Shown here piece after piece: positions 7,997 through 16,691 of a stretch of 32,000 nt of DNA (position 1 is its first letter; every line of letters begins with the position of its first letter). Origin of the DNA: Nitrososphaerota archaeon. GTDB taxonomy: Archaea > Thermoproteota > Nitrososphaeria > Nitrososphaerales > Nitrosopumilaceae. The stretch is from NCBI GenBank assembly GCA_013287585.1, contig JABDDN010000004.1:25046-57045 (forward strand). The letters run 5' to 3'. The notes below the pieces were generated by a model that saw only the letters and a list, made by a program, of their open reading frames with translations, made no database searches and was not told the origin of the DNA. The position numbers were made by a program, and so were the translations under genes.

Positions 7997-8647
7997 TTAG
8001 TCCCACTTACTCCAAGCTGCCATCCATCTGTATGTCCACGTTGTCAATTTGCAGCCTAAAGCTGTCATTGTAACTGACAGGACAGCACCGGCACCCGCAC
8101 CTAGCGCGACCGGACTATCATAGAACTTTCCAACTTGGGGTTCTATTGGAGTCATGTATGGAGGCAATGTAGTCCTTGGGTATTTGAATGCAGTCTCTAG
8201 CGGATCGTCTATCGTAATGAGATTTATCATGTTGAACATTGGCAGAGACATTCCACAAAGTACACCGCCCATCAGAATGAGAGAGTGTTTGTTCTTCTTT
8301 GTTGCCCAATATACCAAATCCATCAGCATAGCCGACGGAATCCAAACTGGTACAACTATGAAGCTATATGGATATCCTAATGAGAACCACGCTCCTTTTG
8401 CAATCCACGTATACACCGTCATTATCAGTGCATAGTAAGTTGCAGTTCCTGGAACTCCAGTGAATGTAAGGTAGTACGCGGCACCGACAGCAAGCATGAG
8501 TGTCTGTGATACTGAAAATACCACAAATGAAGTCCACGCCCAGTCAGTATAGAATATGTAGTCTCCGGCATTGATGGTCAACAACGTAGAGTTGACTGCT
8601 ACCACTACTATAAACAAGTAGTGAGTACATCGTCTTAGCCAGACCAT
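7997..8647 (-). CDS. amoA: Ammonia monooxygenase subunit A (archaeal)
   Basis: This 216-aa polytopic membrane protein begins MVWLRRCTHYLFIVVVAVNSTLLTINAGDYIFYTDWAWTS and ends TWTYRWMAAWSKWD. As I recall them, this is nearly identical to Nitrosopumilus AmoA sequences. Confidence 0.98.
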   Translation of the reverse strand: MVWLRRCTHYLFIVVVAVNSTLLTINAGDYIFYTDWAWTSFVVFSVSQTLMLAVGAAYYLTFTGVPGTATYYALIMTVYTWIAKGAWFSLGYPYSFIVVPVWIPSAMLMDLVYWATKKNKHSLILMGGVLCGMSLPMFNMINLITIDDPLETAFKYPRTTLPPYMTPIEPQVGKFYDSPVALGAGAGAVLSVTMTALGCKLTTWTYRWMAAWSKWD

Positions 8648-8783
8648 TAGCCACTATGATAGATGCGGTGTATATAAAATTTTACGTAGGTATTGAGATC
8701 AGGTTTTATACAACATCATAATTGTTCATTTTTTACTTTCAAGTAAGAATCTAAAAATTAAAAGAAAAGGGGATTGAAAATTT

Positions 8784-9149
8784 CTATGCGCCGAAGAAGA
8801 AACAGTCAGTCAAGATTGTTGCTATTGCTATAGCTGCAATTATTCCTGCCATTGCACCATCATAGGTTCTTGCCTTCGGAGTACCTTCGGTTACAACCTT
8901 TACACATAGTAAATAACCAATGGCCTCTATAATTGTCAACACCGTTAGAGCAAAGTGTGCACTCGGTGGAGGATAAGCCCATGGATAATAGGTAACTGCT
9001 ACGGCAACACCTCCCCATGTTCCAATCCAACTGGCGACGAAAATGCCAGTGATTATTCCAAAATAATCTTCTGCACGTCTACCAATCATTTTGCTTACGT
9101 CGGAACTGGAAGCTCCGCCACCAGTACCAAATCCTTTTGGTAAAGTCAT
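8784..9149 (-). CDS. amoX: AmoX, small membrane protein encoded between amoA and amoC
   Basis: 121-aa hydrophobic ORF in the conserved amoA-amoX-amoC position of Nitrosopumilales. GC-richer composition like the flanking amo genes. Confidence 0.8.
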   Translation of the reverse strand: MTLPKGFGTGGGASSSDVSKMIGRRAEDYFGIITGIFVASWIGTWGGVAVAVTYYPWAYPPPSAHFALTVLTIIEAIGYLLCVKVVTEGTPKARTYDGAMAGIIAAIAIATILTDCFFFGA

Positions 9150-9230
9150 TTGGGTAATTATTAATCCGTATGCTTTTAAGTCTTTCTTAGATGAGAAGAA
9201 AATGCTTTACGCTTTAGGGATCTAAAAATA

Positions 9231-9256
9231 ATAAAAAATGCGCTTTTGCGCGCCTT
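9231..9256 (-). terminator. Terminator-like GC hairpin plus T-run downstream of amoC
   Basis: The minus strand reads ..GGCGCGCAAAAGCGCATTTTTTATTATTTTT immediately after the amoC stop (9260): a short GCGC/GCGC stem followed by oligo-T, the usual archaeal termination signal. Confidence 0.35.
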
Positions 9257-9259
9257 TTT

Positions 9260-9823
9260 CTATGGGATGGATCTACTGTACAATTTACCTTCTAGGGCCA
9301 TCTTGTACATTTCTGCAACATATGGGTTCTCACCTGGGGTTTCTGCTCCAAGCTCGACTAGTCGTGCATATACTCTAACTACATAGGCAAGTGCGCCCAT
9401 GAAAGCAACGACGACACCCATGTTAAACATCCAGTGGTTTGGTACTGCAAAGATTTCCTCTACATACCAGAAGTGCCACATTTCGTTTACACCAATTGTG
9501 AACATTGTTGCCAAATAACCAAGTATGGTCATCTTAAGGCCAGTGTTCATGGAGTTGTTTGGACCCCTCAGGATAGGTACTTTTCTGTCATACATTGCCA
9601 CTGATGCCCAACCTAATGGAAGAGCAATAAAGTGACTGTATAACCACCAGTGTGCTGGTGTAAATGCGCTATCTCTGATAGATGTTTGATGGAGTGATCC
9701 ATCAACGAAGTTGTCTACTTCCACTGAAGCAGCGATAGATCCCATTGCGATGACGATTAACCAGATCTTTTTCAGTCTGTGTATCTCGACTTCTTTTGGA
9801 ATCAGTGCGGGCATTTGTGCCAT
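9260..9823 (-). CDS. amoC: Ammonia monooxygenase subunit C (archaeal)
   Basis: 187-aa membrane protein with characteristic AmoC stretches (SIRDSAFTPAHWWLYSHF, NEMWHFWYVEE), sitting in the amo cluster. Confidence 0.97.
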   Translation of the reverse strand: MAQMPALIPKEVEIHRLKKIWLIVIAMGSIAASVEVDNFVDGSLHQTSIRDSAFTPAHWWLYSHFIALPLGWASVAMYDRKVPILRGPNNSMNTGLKMTILGYLATMFTIGVNEMWHFWYVEEIFAVPNHWMFNMGVVVAFMGALAYVVRVYARLVELGAETPGENPYVAEMYKMALEGKLYSRSIP

Positions 9824-9975
9824 ACACCATGTGATGAGATTTCAATATATAAAGCATGAGTAATAAATTAACAATTTTTTGTATATTTTATAGCAATATA
9901 TTAAACTATTATTAAAAATCATAACATAAATTTCTCTAAAAAGCAAGTAATTCCTATATAAAAAAAATGTGCCCT

Positions 9976-10013
9976 CAATGTTTATCATCAATGTTTATCA
10001 TTAGTTTTATCAT
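9976..10013. repeat. Tandem 13-bp repeat (CAATGTTTATCAT x2 plus a degenerate TAGTTTTATCAT) in the amoC/amoB divergent intergenic region
   Basis: Read directly: 9976-9988 and 9989-10001 are identical, and 10002-10013 is a related 12-mer. It lies about 90-125 nt upstream of the amoB ATG and about 150-190 nt upstream of the amoC start. Confidence 0.9.
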
Positions 10014-10099
10014 TATTTTTCTTATATTTGGATCAGATCACTTGTTATGAGGGTAAAACATATATCGTTGTTCTTTCTCTGATGCATTAGTTACGTGAT

Positions 10100-10666
10100 A
10101 TGGTAGATAAGAAATTAATCGTAGCAGCACTTGGTGTAATTGTAGCACTTGGAGCAGTTGGACCATCATTGGCTCAAATGTTCCAGCACGCAGAAGCACA
10201 TGGTGTACAGGCACAACTACAAAGTCGATTTGTTAGGATAGATGATGAAACATGGTCAAAACAATCTGTCCACACAGGTGACACCCTCACAGTATCAGGC
10301 AAATTCGTAAGTCTCGTACAAAGAGACCTAAGAGGCTGGTATACTGTATATGGTGACTCTCCTAATGCAGGTAACAGATGGGAGATTGTAGCAAGAGACC
10401 CACCTGGTAACGTTATAGACATTCCAGGAAACTCGGTCATTCCTTACACATTGACAATCAGGGCTCTAGAACCAGCAGTCTATCACATGCACACACAGCT
10501 TAACATCGCAAGTATAGGCCCAGGACTTGGTCCAGGACAAACAATAGTAGTCACTGGTGATCCAATCATAAAACCAATTCCATACACAAATGTAGCCTAT
10601 CAGTCGATAATAATTGGCGTGGGTTATGTTGTAACGTTTGCAACAAGACCGTGGCAAGTGATTTAA
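10100..10666 (+). CDS. amoB: Ammonia monooxygenase subunit B (archaeal short form)
   Basis: 188 aa with a signal/anchor peptide, then a ..AEAHGVQAQ.. N-terminal His region, a single cupredoxin-like domain and a C-terminal TM helix. It is inverted relative to amoAXC, as in Nitrosopumilus. Confidence 0.95.
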   Translation: MVDKKLIVAALGVIVALGAVGPSLAQMFQHAEAHGVQAQLQSRFVRIDDETWSKQSVHTGDTLTVSGKFVSLVQRDLRGWYTVYGDSPNAGNRWEIVARDPPGNVIDIPGNSVIPYTLTIRALEPAVYHMHTQLNIASIGPGLGPGQTIVVTGDPIIKPIPYTNVAYQSIIIGVGYVVTFATRPWQVI

Positions 10667-10772
10667 AACAAATTCCCCCTCTCTTTTCATTTTATCAAAG
10701 TCATATGGCACAATATATTCAAACTACATTCATGTCATAAGCCTGTCAAGATATTGTTTAACAGTCATGACT

Positions 10773-11036
10773 TTAACCAAACATACCCGTTGGCACATGA
10801 TTATATTCCAAAGTCCATTTTCTTACACAGTATACAGGCACGCCCACAGTTAGTGGCAAAGCAAAAATCACTCCAAATGGCCACGGAATGATCATTTGAA
10901 CGAAAGCATCAGCAAGAAAAATAATCAATTCCACAATCAACCCTTTTGTAAATTTTCTAATTCTGTAAAAAGCAATAAGCTGAGTTACAAAACTGGGTAT
11001 TATGGCCAGTATCATTTGACCACGCATACCAATCAT
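10773..11036 (-). CDS. Small hydrophobic membrane protein (about 3 predicted helices), unknown function
   Basis: 87-aa ORF convergent with amoB, strongly hydrophobic. No motif recognised. Confidence 0.5.
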   Translation of the reverse strand: MIGMRGQMILAIIPSFVTQLIAFYRIRKFTKGLIVELIIFLADAFVQMIIPWPFGVIFALPLTVGVPVYCVRKWTLEYNHVPTGMFG

Positions 11037-11115
11037 TTTTTACAATTGATAGTCAATGTATTTTTAGTTTTGTCTTATAGAAATTTTTAATGATGATCGT
11101 TTCTTTTAAAACGTA

Positions 11116-11331
11116 TTGAGGAACATTATTCTTAAAATTGCCATAATTCTAATAATAATAGCAGCCACAATACAAGTCATCCAAGTTCCTTCAGATCATA
11201 ATTCTCCAGTATTAGCTGTTTTTCAGAACCCAGATATAATTAATGCATTACCAATCATCCAATACATATTTGCCATAACTGGAATTTTTTTAATAGTTAA
11301 ATTCATCATAGATAAAATATTCAAAAAATAA
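11116..11331 (+). CDS. Small two-helix membrane protein, unknown function (TTG start)
   Basis: 71-aa ORF with two hydrophobic stretches (ILKIAIILIIIAATIQVI, IIQYIFAITGIFLIVKFII). The low-complexity AT-rich coding makes it uncertain. Confidence 0.4.
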   Translation: MRNIILKIAIILIIIAATIQVIQVPSDHNSPVLAVFQNPDIINALPIIQYIFAITGIFLIVKFIIDKIFKK

Positions 11332-11360
11332 TTCTTGAGTTTTAATTATTTATTATAAGA

Positions 11361-12053
11361 TCAATACTTTATTTTCAGATTATCAAAATAAGCTTCTGTA
11401 TCTTTTTTTGTCCACAATCCAAGCTGCCCGTTTTGATAGTGTTGATCATATCTCTGAATAAGCAATTTACCATCAAGATATCCAGCTATGCCTTGTGCAG
11501 ATACATCAGTAGTTATCGTATGCCACTGACCTAGAGGAATATTTACGGATTTATCTTCAATGCATAAAAGTTTCTCAGGATCAGCTTTACATAATGAAAA
11601 GAGACTATTCTTAGAGTCAGCCACTAATACAAAATAATGTTGATTATCCATGAATCTAATTATCAGACCTGCAGCTTGTTCTTTTTCTCCAGAATTAATC
11701 TTAAACTGTACACTTGTTTCTGAATTTGTACTTTCAACACCATCAGGCATTAGTTGAATGTGATAATCAAATGTAGTGTCATTATCTGTCAATTTAGCAA
11801 GTACATTTGGTTTAGATGGTGCAGATGGATCAGACTTAACAACCCAATAACCAGGTTGTGCATCAGTTTGAAGATATGAGAAACCATCAGGCACAGTACC
11901 ATCCTTGTAAGAATCAAAATTCCATTCTTTAGTAGTTTTATACGGACCAGTTTGTATTACATTGTAGTATGCAAATGTGATAGCACCTATCGCTATGATT
12001 GATGCAATAGTATATCTTTTTTTTCTTCCCCAGCGTACAGATCGACTTGACAA
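11361..12053 (-). CDS. Membrane-anchored concanavalin-A-like (LamG/DUF1080-like) domain protein
   Basis: 230 aa with a TTG start, an N-terminal TM anchor, then a beta-rich domain ending ..GQLGLWTKKDTEAYFDNLKIKY. That ending resembles the G.vGL....a.FDN..v terminus of DUF1080/LamG jelly-rolls. Confidence 0.6.
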   Translation of the reverse strand: MSSRSVRWGRKKRYTIASIIAIGAITFAYYNVIQTGPYKTTKEWNFDSYKDGTVPDGFSYLQTDAQPGYWVVKSDPSAPSKPNVLAKLTDNDTTFDYHIQLMPDGVESTNSETSVQFKINSGEKEQAAGLIIRFMDNQHYFVLVADSKNSLFSLCKADPEKLLCIEDKSVNIPLGQWHTITTDVSAQGIAGYLDGKLLIQRYDQHYQNGQLGLWTKKDTEAYFDNLKIKY

Positions 12054-12166
12054 TTATTCTCTGTCGTATTACCAGTTTGTGATTGATATAAACATACTAA
12101 AATTTCCAAAATCTGGAAATGAAATCTAATTATGTTTTTATCAGTAGTAAAACATGTGATTTGTTT

Positions 12167-12364
12167 TTACTTTTTCCATTTCCTTGGCTTTTGTTTTTGT
12201 TTCCATTTATCAAAGCCCCACCTGGTTGCTGCAAAGACTCCAAGTGAAAAGAAAAAGCCTCCAATCCATAAGAAGAGTGCCTTACCTGTGTAAAATCCCC
12301 AAAAGAATCCAATAGCTGCACTTACAAATTCTAATATTACAAAAACTGCCCACCTGTCAACCAT
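12167..12364 (-). CDS. Small two-helix membrane protein with a Lys-rich tail
   Basis: 65-aa ORF downstream of amt with two hydrophobic helices and a KWKQKQKPRKWKK tail. Preferred over the overlapping 63-aa alternative frame, which is polar and low-complexity. Confidence 0.45.
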   Translation of the reverse strand: MVDRWAVFVILEFVSAAIGFFWGFYTGKALFLWIGGFFFSLGVFAATRWGFDKWKQKQKPRKWKK

Positions 12365-12531
12365 AGATAAAGAGAGGTAAATCTACTCCTTTTTACCGTT
12401 TCCCAAGCTTGTACAAATATTACAAAGTAAACATGAAACAATTTGAAAGGATTGTCTGGAAAAATTCCTAAAGTATAATTGAAAATATGTTAAGATTTAA
12501 TAAAATTAAAATTATAGAAAGAAAAACCTTT

Positions 12532-14037
12532 CTAGGTTTCACTCATGTTGTAGGCTCTTTCTCCTACTTGTGAAATATCCAAACCTATTTCTTCTTCTTT
12601 AGGTGTGACTCTAACACCGCCAGGCCAAATCACATCTTGAATCTTCCAGATCAAGAGTGTTATACCAAAGGCCCATGTTGCTGCAAATCCTGCACCCATT
12701 GCATTGATTAGTTCTTGTTGTGGATTTCCAAAGAATAGACCGTCATGTCCATATGGATTAATGCGTTTTTCACTAAACGCACCAGTCAATAGCGCACCGA
12801 CAACACCACCCATACCGTGTACTGGCCAAGTGTCTAATGCATCATCTATTCTTCTCCTATTCTTTATTATCAAACAATAGAAGCATACTGTTGCACACGC
12901 AAACCCTACTATTATTGAAGCATAGCATCCTATGAATCCTGAAGCCGGCGTAATTGCAACTAGACCTGCTACAGCACCAGCTGACGCACCCATTGCACTA
13001 GTCTTTCCAGTATGAGCCCAAGCAAGGAATACCCACCACATTGCTGCAACTGCTGTAGCGATGTTGGTATTTTGGAATGCTTCTGTCTCCAAGAAACCTG
13101 CAAAGCCTGCACTTCCTGGGTTGAAACCGAACCAACCAAACCAAAGTAAAGTAGCACCTAACATAACTAACGGAATTGAATGTGGTTCAAATGGTGCTTT
13201 ACCATAACCTATTCTTCTTCCTAGGAACATTGCAGTTGCTAATCCTGCAAATCCTGATGTAATGTGAATGACTGTACCGCCTGCAAAGTCTTCTGTACCC
13301 AAAGTAAATAACCAACCTGGTGCACTTCCTTGACTTCCTAATGACCAGTTGGCATGACCTGCTACATCGTAAATAAATGTGGTCCATAGAACCACGTGTA
13401 TCATAAACGCACTCATCTTTACTCTATCAGCATAACCTGCTATAGCTAATGCTGGAGTAATTGCAGCAAACATGAGCTGGAACATCACATATGCCAAGTG
13501 TGGAATAGTCGGAGCATAAACATCTGCAGGTGCATTTGTTAGAACATTATTCAATCCTGCCCAATCTAAATTACCAATGAATCCATATGGATCTGCACTT
13601 GGACCAAACATTATGGCGTAACCCCATACCACCCATTGAATACTAACTATTGCATAAACCAAAAAGTTTTGTAAGATAACTGTTAATGCGTTCTTTCTTC
13701 TTGTCATACCACCGTATAGGAAACCTACACCACCAGGAGTCATTATCATGACGAATGATGCTGCTGCATACATGAAAGTGGTGTCTCCTGTATCAATACA
13801 TGGTGCAGAACTTCCTCCAAATGTACCGTTACCTGGTGGCATCATTGGAGAATTGCAGTGGAATTCAGATGTTTTGTTTGGATCAGCTAATTTGTTTAGA
13901 GGACCAAACTGTGCATGTGCATCTTGAACCGCTGTAAATCCTGCAACTGTAACAAGTAAAGCAGCCACTGCAAATACTAGTGGCCATTTATTTTTAGTGA
14001 CAAATTGAATTGATGTTGCTTCTAATGCTCCAGACAT
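12532..14037 (-). CDS. amt: Ammonium transporter (Amt/MEP family)
   Basis: 501 aa, about 11 TM helices, with typical Amt stretches (DFAGGTVIHITSGFAGL, GWFGFNPGSA, VHGMGGVVGALLTG). Confidence 0.97.
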   Translation of the reverse strand: MSGALEATSIQFVTKNKWPLVFAVAALLVTVAGFTAVQDAHAQFGPLNKLADPNKTSEFHCNSPMMPPGNGTFGGSSAPCIDTGDTTFMYAAASFVMIMTPGGVGFLYGGMTRRKNALTVILQNFLVYAIVSIQWVVWGYAIMFGPSADPYGFIGNLDWAGLNNVLTNAPADVYAPTIPHLAYVMFQLMFAAITPALAIAGYADRVKMSAFMIHVVLWTTFIYDVAGHANWSLGSQGSAPGWLFTLGTEDFAGGTVIHITSGFAGLATAMFLGRRIGYGKAPFEPHSIPLVMLGATLLWFGWFGFNPGSAGFAGFLETEAFQNTNIATAVAAMWWVFLAWAHTGKTSAMGASAGAVAGLVAITPASGFIGCYASIIVGFACATVCFYCLIIKNRRRIDDALDTWPVHGMGGVVGALLTGAFSEKRINPYGHDGLFFGNPQQELINAMGAGFAATWAFGITLLIWKIQDVIWPGGVRVTPKEEEIGLDISQVGERAYNMSET

Positions 14038-14101
14038 CTCTTCGAATTCTGTACTGCAACTATAAAAGGTATTTTATCCTAGAAATTTTTTTTTATGATA
14101 T
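14028..14101. repeat. Copy 1 of a perfect 74-bp direct repeat (amt first 10 nt + leader + TATA region)
   Basis: Identical base for base to 17432-17505 (offset 3404 bp). On the minus strand it reads ..AAAATACCTTTTATAGTTGCAGTACAGAATTCGAAGAGATGTCTGGAG. The TATA-like box (plus-strand coordinates 14057-14070) lies about 23 nt upstream of the ATG. Confidence 0.95.
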
Positions 14102-14231
14102 AATGTTAAATTTTAAAAAATTGCCTGATCGTGTACATATTAGAAATTAATTTTTAGAAAATTGATATATATCTTAAAATTATAAAAAATTTAAGAAAAA
14201 TTATTATACTAGACAAGTGGTTATAGTTTTT

Positions 14232-14396
14232 ATGTCAGAAGCAGGATGGGCAATATATATCGCAACCGCAGCTACCACTGCAATTACTATTGCAATCTAT
14301 TTTGCAGAACGCGCCTACAGGTACAAACGAGTAAAGGAAAACAAACATGCTGGAACATATGGATTCAACTTTGAATCTCATGGAACTCATGAATAG
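14232..14396 (+). CDS. Candidate unannotated 54-aa single-pass membrane peptide
   Basis: My own translation gives MSEAGWAIYIATAATTAITIAIYFAERAYRYKRVKENKHAGTYGFNFESHGTHE*. It has an ATG start and one hydrophobic helix followed by a basic stretch, and it is locally GC-richer than the flanking AT-rich spacer. It falls below the 60-aa ORF-track cut-off. Confidence 0.35.
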   Translation: MSEAGWAIYIATAATTAITIAIYFAERAYRYKRVKENKHAGTYGFNFESHGTHE

Positions 14397-14494
14397 AACA
14401 AACAGCAACAAATCCTATTTTTTGTAACGATATATGTAAAAATTATTTTTTCACAGATAGACTAATTTGAAGCAGTAAAACATCTACCAAGATA

Positions 14495-14977
14495 GTGAGA
14501 GTAAATTTAGAAGAAGATGAACATATGGTTGCCGCATTACCGAAAATCTGGGCAATTGTACCTGGATTAAGGGGGTTTTTCAATAAAAGCAAGGAAGGGA
14601 TTCTGGTTAAAACAAACAAAAATCTAATCTTTGTTCCACGATATCTGTATGTTTCACCAAAAGAAAGGGAAAAATATTTTGGTGAAGATAAAGTGAAAGT
14701 AACACAGCTATGGGACTATTCCGAAACTCAACTTGATGAAGACATTTCTGAGAATCCAAAAAGCTGGATTATGCCTTTAGATGCCATTATTGAGGTTAAC
14801 CAAATTACATTACGAAAGGTAAATTTTATGAGAATAAAATTTTCTAAAGACGGAAAGGAAAAAATGTATGATTTTGTAATAGCTAAAAGTGTGACCAACT
14901 ATCCGATTAGGCAACCACTTTTGTATTATAATGTAGATTGGACTGCGTGGATGGATTTGTTAAAATCACGTATTTGA
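14495..14977 (+). CDS. Hypothetical protein (possibly PH/GRAM-like fold)
   Basis: 160-aa ORF with a GTG start (alternative ATG at 14525). No motif recognised. Confidence 0.5.
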   Translation: MRVNLEEDEHMVAALPKIWAIVPGLRGFFNKSKEGILVKTNKNLIFVPRYLYVSPKEREKYFGEDKVKVTQLWDYSETQLDEDISENPKSWIMPLDAIIEVNQITLRKVNFMRIKFSKDGKEKMYDFVIAKSVTNYPIRQPLLYYNVDWTAWMDLLKSRI

Positions 14978-15034
14978 AATTTTATTTTAATTTCCTAGAT
15001 TTAAAATTATAAAAATAATATAAAAAATTGAAAT

Positions 15035-15511
15035 CTAATTATGTTCCTCTTTTGTACCCTGAAGAATCTTTCTAGATCTACTAACAATAAAATCTAGTTC
15101 GGCATCAGATTCATTTAAGAATTGTAAATTTGTAATTCTTTTTGTATATTTGAATATCTCAAGTTCGTATGAATCACCTTTTGGTTTGTATAATGCCAAA
15201 CCAAAGTTAGCAGCTCCATCATAATCTTCTTTAAATCTCTTATAATTGTCAGATATTTTGAGAGATTTTAAGAAAACCCATGTTGCAAGTATAATACGAG
15301 ATTCACAATATAGAACAAATTCAAATGAATCCTCTTTTTCAACAAATCTAATTTTAATCTCATCATCTGGCCAATATTTTATAACTTTGTTCCATATTGT
15401 AGGAATTTTTTTCCTTTCATCAAAAATTAAAAGAATCCTAGGCCTCACATCATAGAAATGATAACCCACACCGAGAAAATCATCATACCAATTTATCTTT
15501 GAATCAGCCAA
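15035..15511 (-). CDS. Hypothetical protein
   Basis: 158-aa ORF with a TTG start. No motif recognised. Confidence 0.45.
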   Translation of the reverse strand: MADSKINWYDDFLGVGYHFYDVRPRILLIFDERKKIPTIWNKVIKYWPDDEIKIRFVEKEDSFEFVLYCESRIILATWVFLKSLKISDNYKRFKEDYDGAANFGLALYKPKGDSYELEIFKYTKRITNLQFLNESDAELDFIVSRSRKILQGTKEEHN

Positions 15512-15651
15512 ACCTATCTTGGCACGTCATTGCTCATATTTAATGATTAAATATTTCATCGTAGATTTTTATTTTTTTAAAATCACTTGTAAAAATTTTG
15601 ATCACATGACTACCTGTTATTTTTATATAAGATTAACATAGTTGTAAATCA

Positions 15652-15876
15652 TTGAGAGTTTCTAAAACAAAACCACTAGATGAGCTTCTCAAGATGAATA
15701 AAGAAGAGTTATTTGAATATCTAAAAGAATCTGAGAGTTCCATGCAATCAACAGATTCTATTGAAATAGTTCCTTTTGAACATGGAACAAAGATACTTTA
15801 TTATCACAAAGGCCAAACCAAACCATACAAGACTCGTGCATATCTTAACAAGGTTGAAGATTCAGATCTATTGTAG
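15652..15876 (+). CDS. Hypothetical small protein
   Basis: 74-aa ORF with a TTG start, immediately upstream of the 253-aa membrane protein. Weak support. Confidence 0.3.
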   Translation: MRVSKTKPLDELLKMNKEELFEYLKESESSMQSTDSIEIVPFEHGTKILYYHKGQTKPYKTRAYLNKVEDSDLL

Positions 15877-15917
15877 ATAATAGAAGTACATAATTCTGAC
15901 GATGTGCATTATATTAC

Positions 15918-16679
15918 ATGGTAAAGGTAAAATCAAATACTGAGAGATGGGCGTTCATTGATACAATTCAAGATTGGTTTTTCCCAAAGAGTAGATTTTG
16001 GAGTTCAATTAGTTTATTTTCATTTTTTTCCCTAATCATTTTACAAATTATTTTTTCCGTTGCAAGTGGCATCAACCCAAGAGCCAGACAAGAAACAGAT
16101 TTTCTAATACTACCGCTTTTAACTTTATTTGTATTTAGTATTTTTTGGAGAGGGTCAATACCAACTTTTCTTTCCTTAACTGGTTCGTTGATGATGTATG
16201 CAGGTATGTATTATATTCAAGCAAAATATTTTGATCTGCAAAATTTACCTCCAACAATTGCAAATAGATTAGGGTATGGCACTATTTCTGAGAATCATTT
16301 TCATATAGACCAATACGCTCAACTTTATTTTCTTGCAGGAATATTTTTTCTCACATTATGTTTGGTAATATCTCTCAAACCATCATTTTTTAGAGCCAGG
16401 GGAGCAAAATATTCACCATATCCTATTTGGGAGAGTGAAGATTCAAAAATAATGTCAGGTAAAAATTCTGTGAGATTAATTCCTGTTTCAAGCTTGCTTA
16501 ATTTTGCAGAACAACAAATAGCTACTACATACAAATACATCACACTAATGATTGATGGAACTATCTATTTTGTTTCTCCAGATGATTGGATACCACAAGG
16601 ATCTAACATCATCAGAGACAAAGAAACAGGTTCTCTTATTGGAATACCTAAGGTTCCTGATGGATTTAATATTTGGTAA
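15918..16679 (+). CDS. Hypothetical polytopic membrane protein with a soluble C-terminal domain
   Basis: 253 aa with about 4 hydrophobic helices in the first 160 residues, then a roughly 90-aa polar domain. No motif recognised. Confidence 0.6.
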   Translation: MVKVKSNTERWAFIDTIQDWFFPKSRFWSSISLFSFFSLIILQIIFSVASGINPRARQETDFLILPLLTLFVFSIFWRGSIPTFLSLTGSLMMYAGMYYIQAKYFDLQNLPPTIANRLGYGTISENHFHIDQYAQLYFLAGIFFLTLCLVISLKPSFFRARGAKYSPYPIWESEDSKIMSGKNSVRLIPVSSLLNFAEQQIATTYKYITLMIDGTIYFVSPDDWIPQGSNIIRDKETGSLIGIPKVPDGFNIW

Positions 16680-16691
16680 AAAAATTTAAAT

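Noticed and set aside
9976-10013. Whether the tandem 13-mers could be a degenerate CRISPR or minisatellite.
   Set aside because: The units are contiguous with no spacers, there are fewer than three copies, and each is far shorter than a CRISPR repeat. It is kept only as a candidate regulatory repeat.
12119-12136. A 17-nt match, TGAAATCTAATTATGTT, shared between 12119-12136 and 15028-15045. Both copies lie at the 3' ends of minus-strand ORFs.
   Set aside because: It is short and AT-rich. A match of this length has a non-negligible chance expectation in 32 kb of AT-rich DNA. No extended similarity or structure surrounds it.
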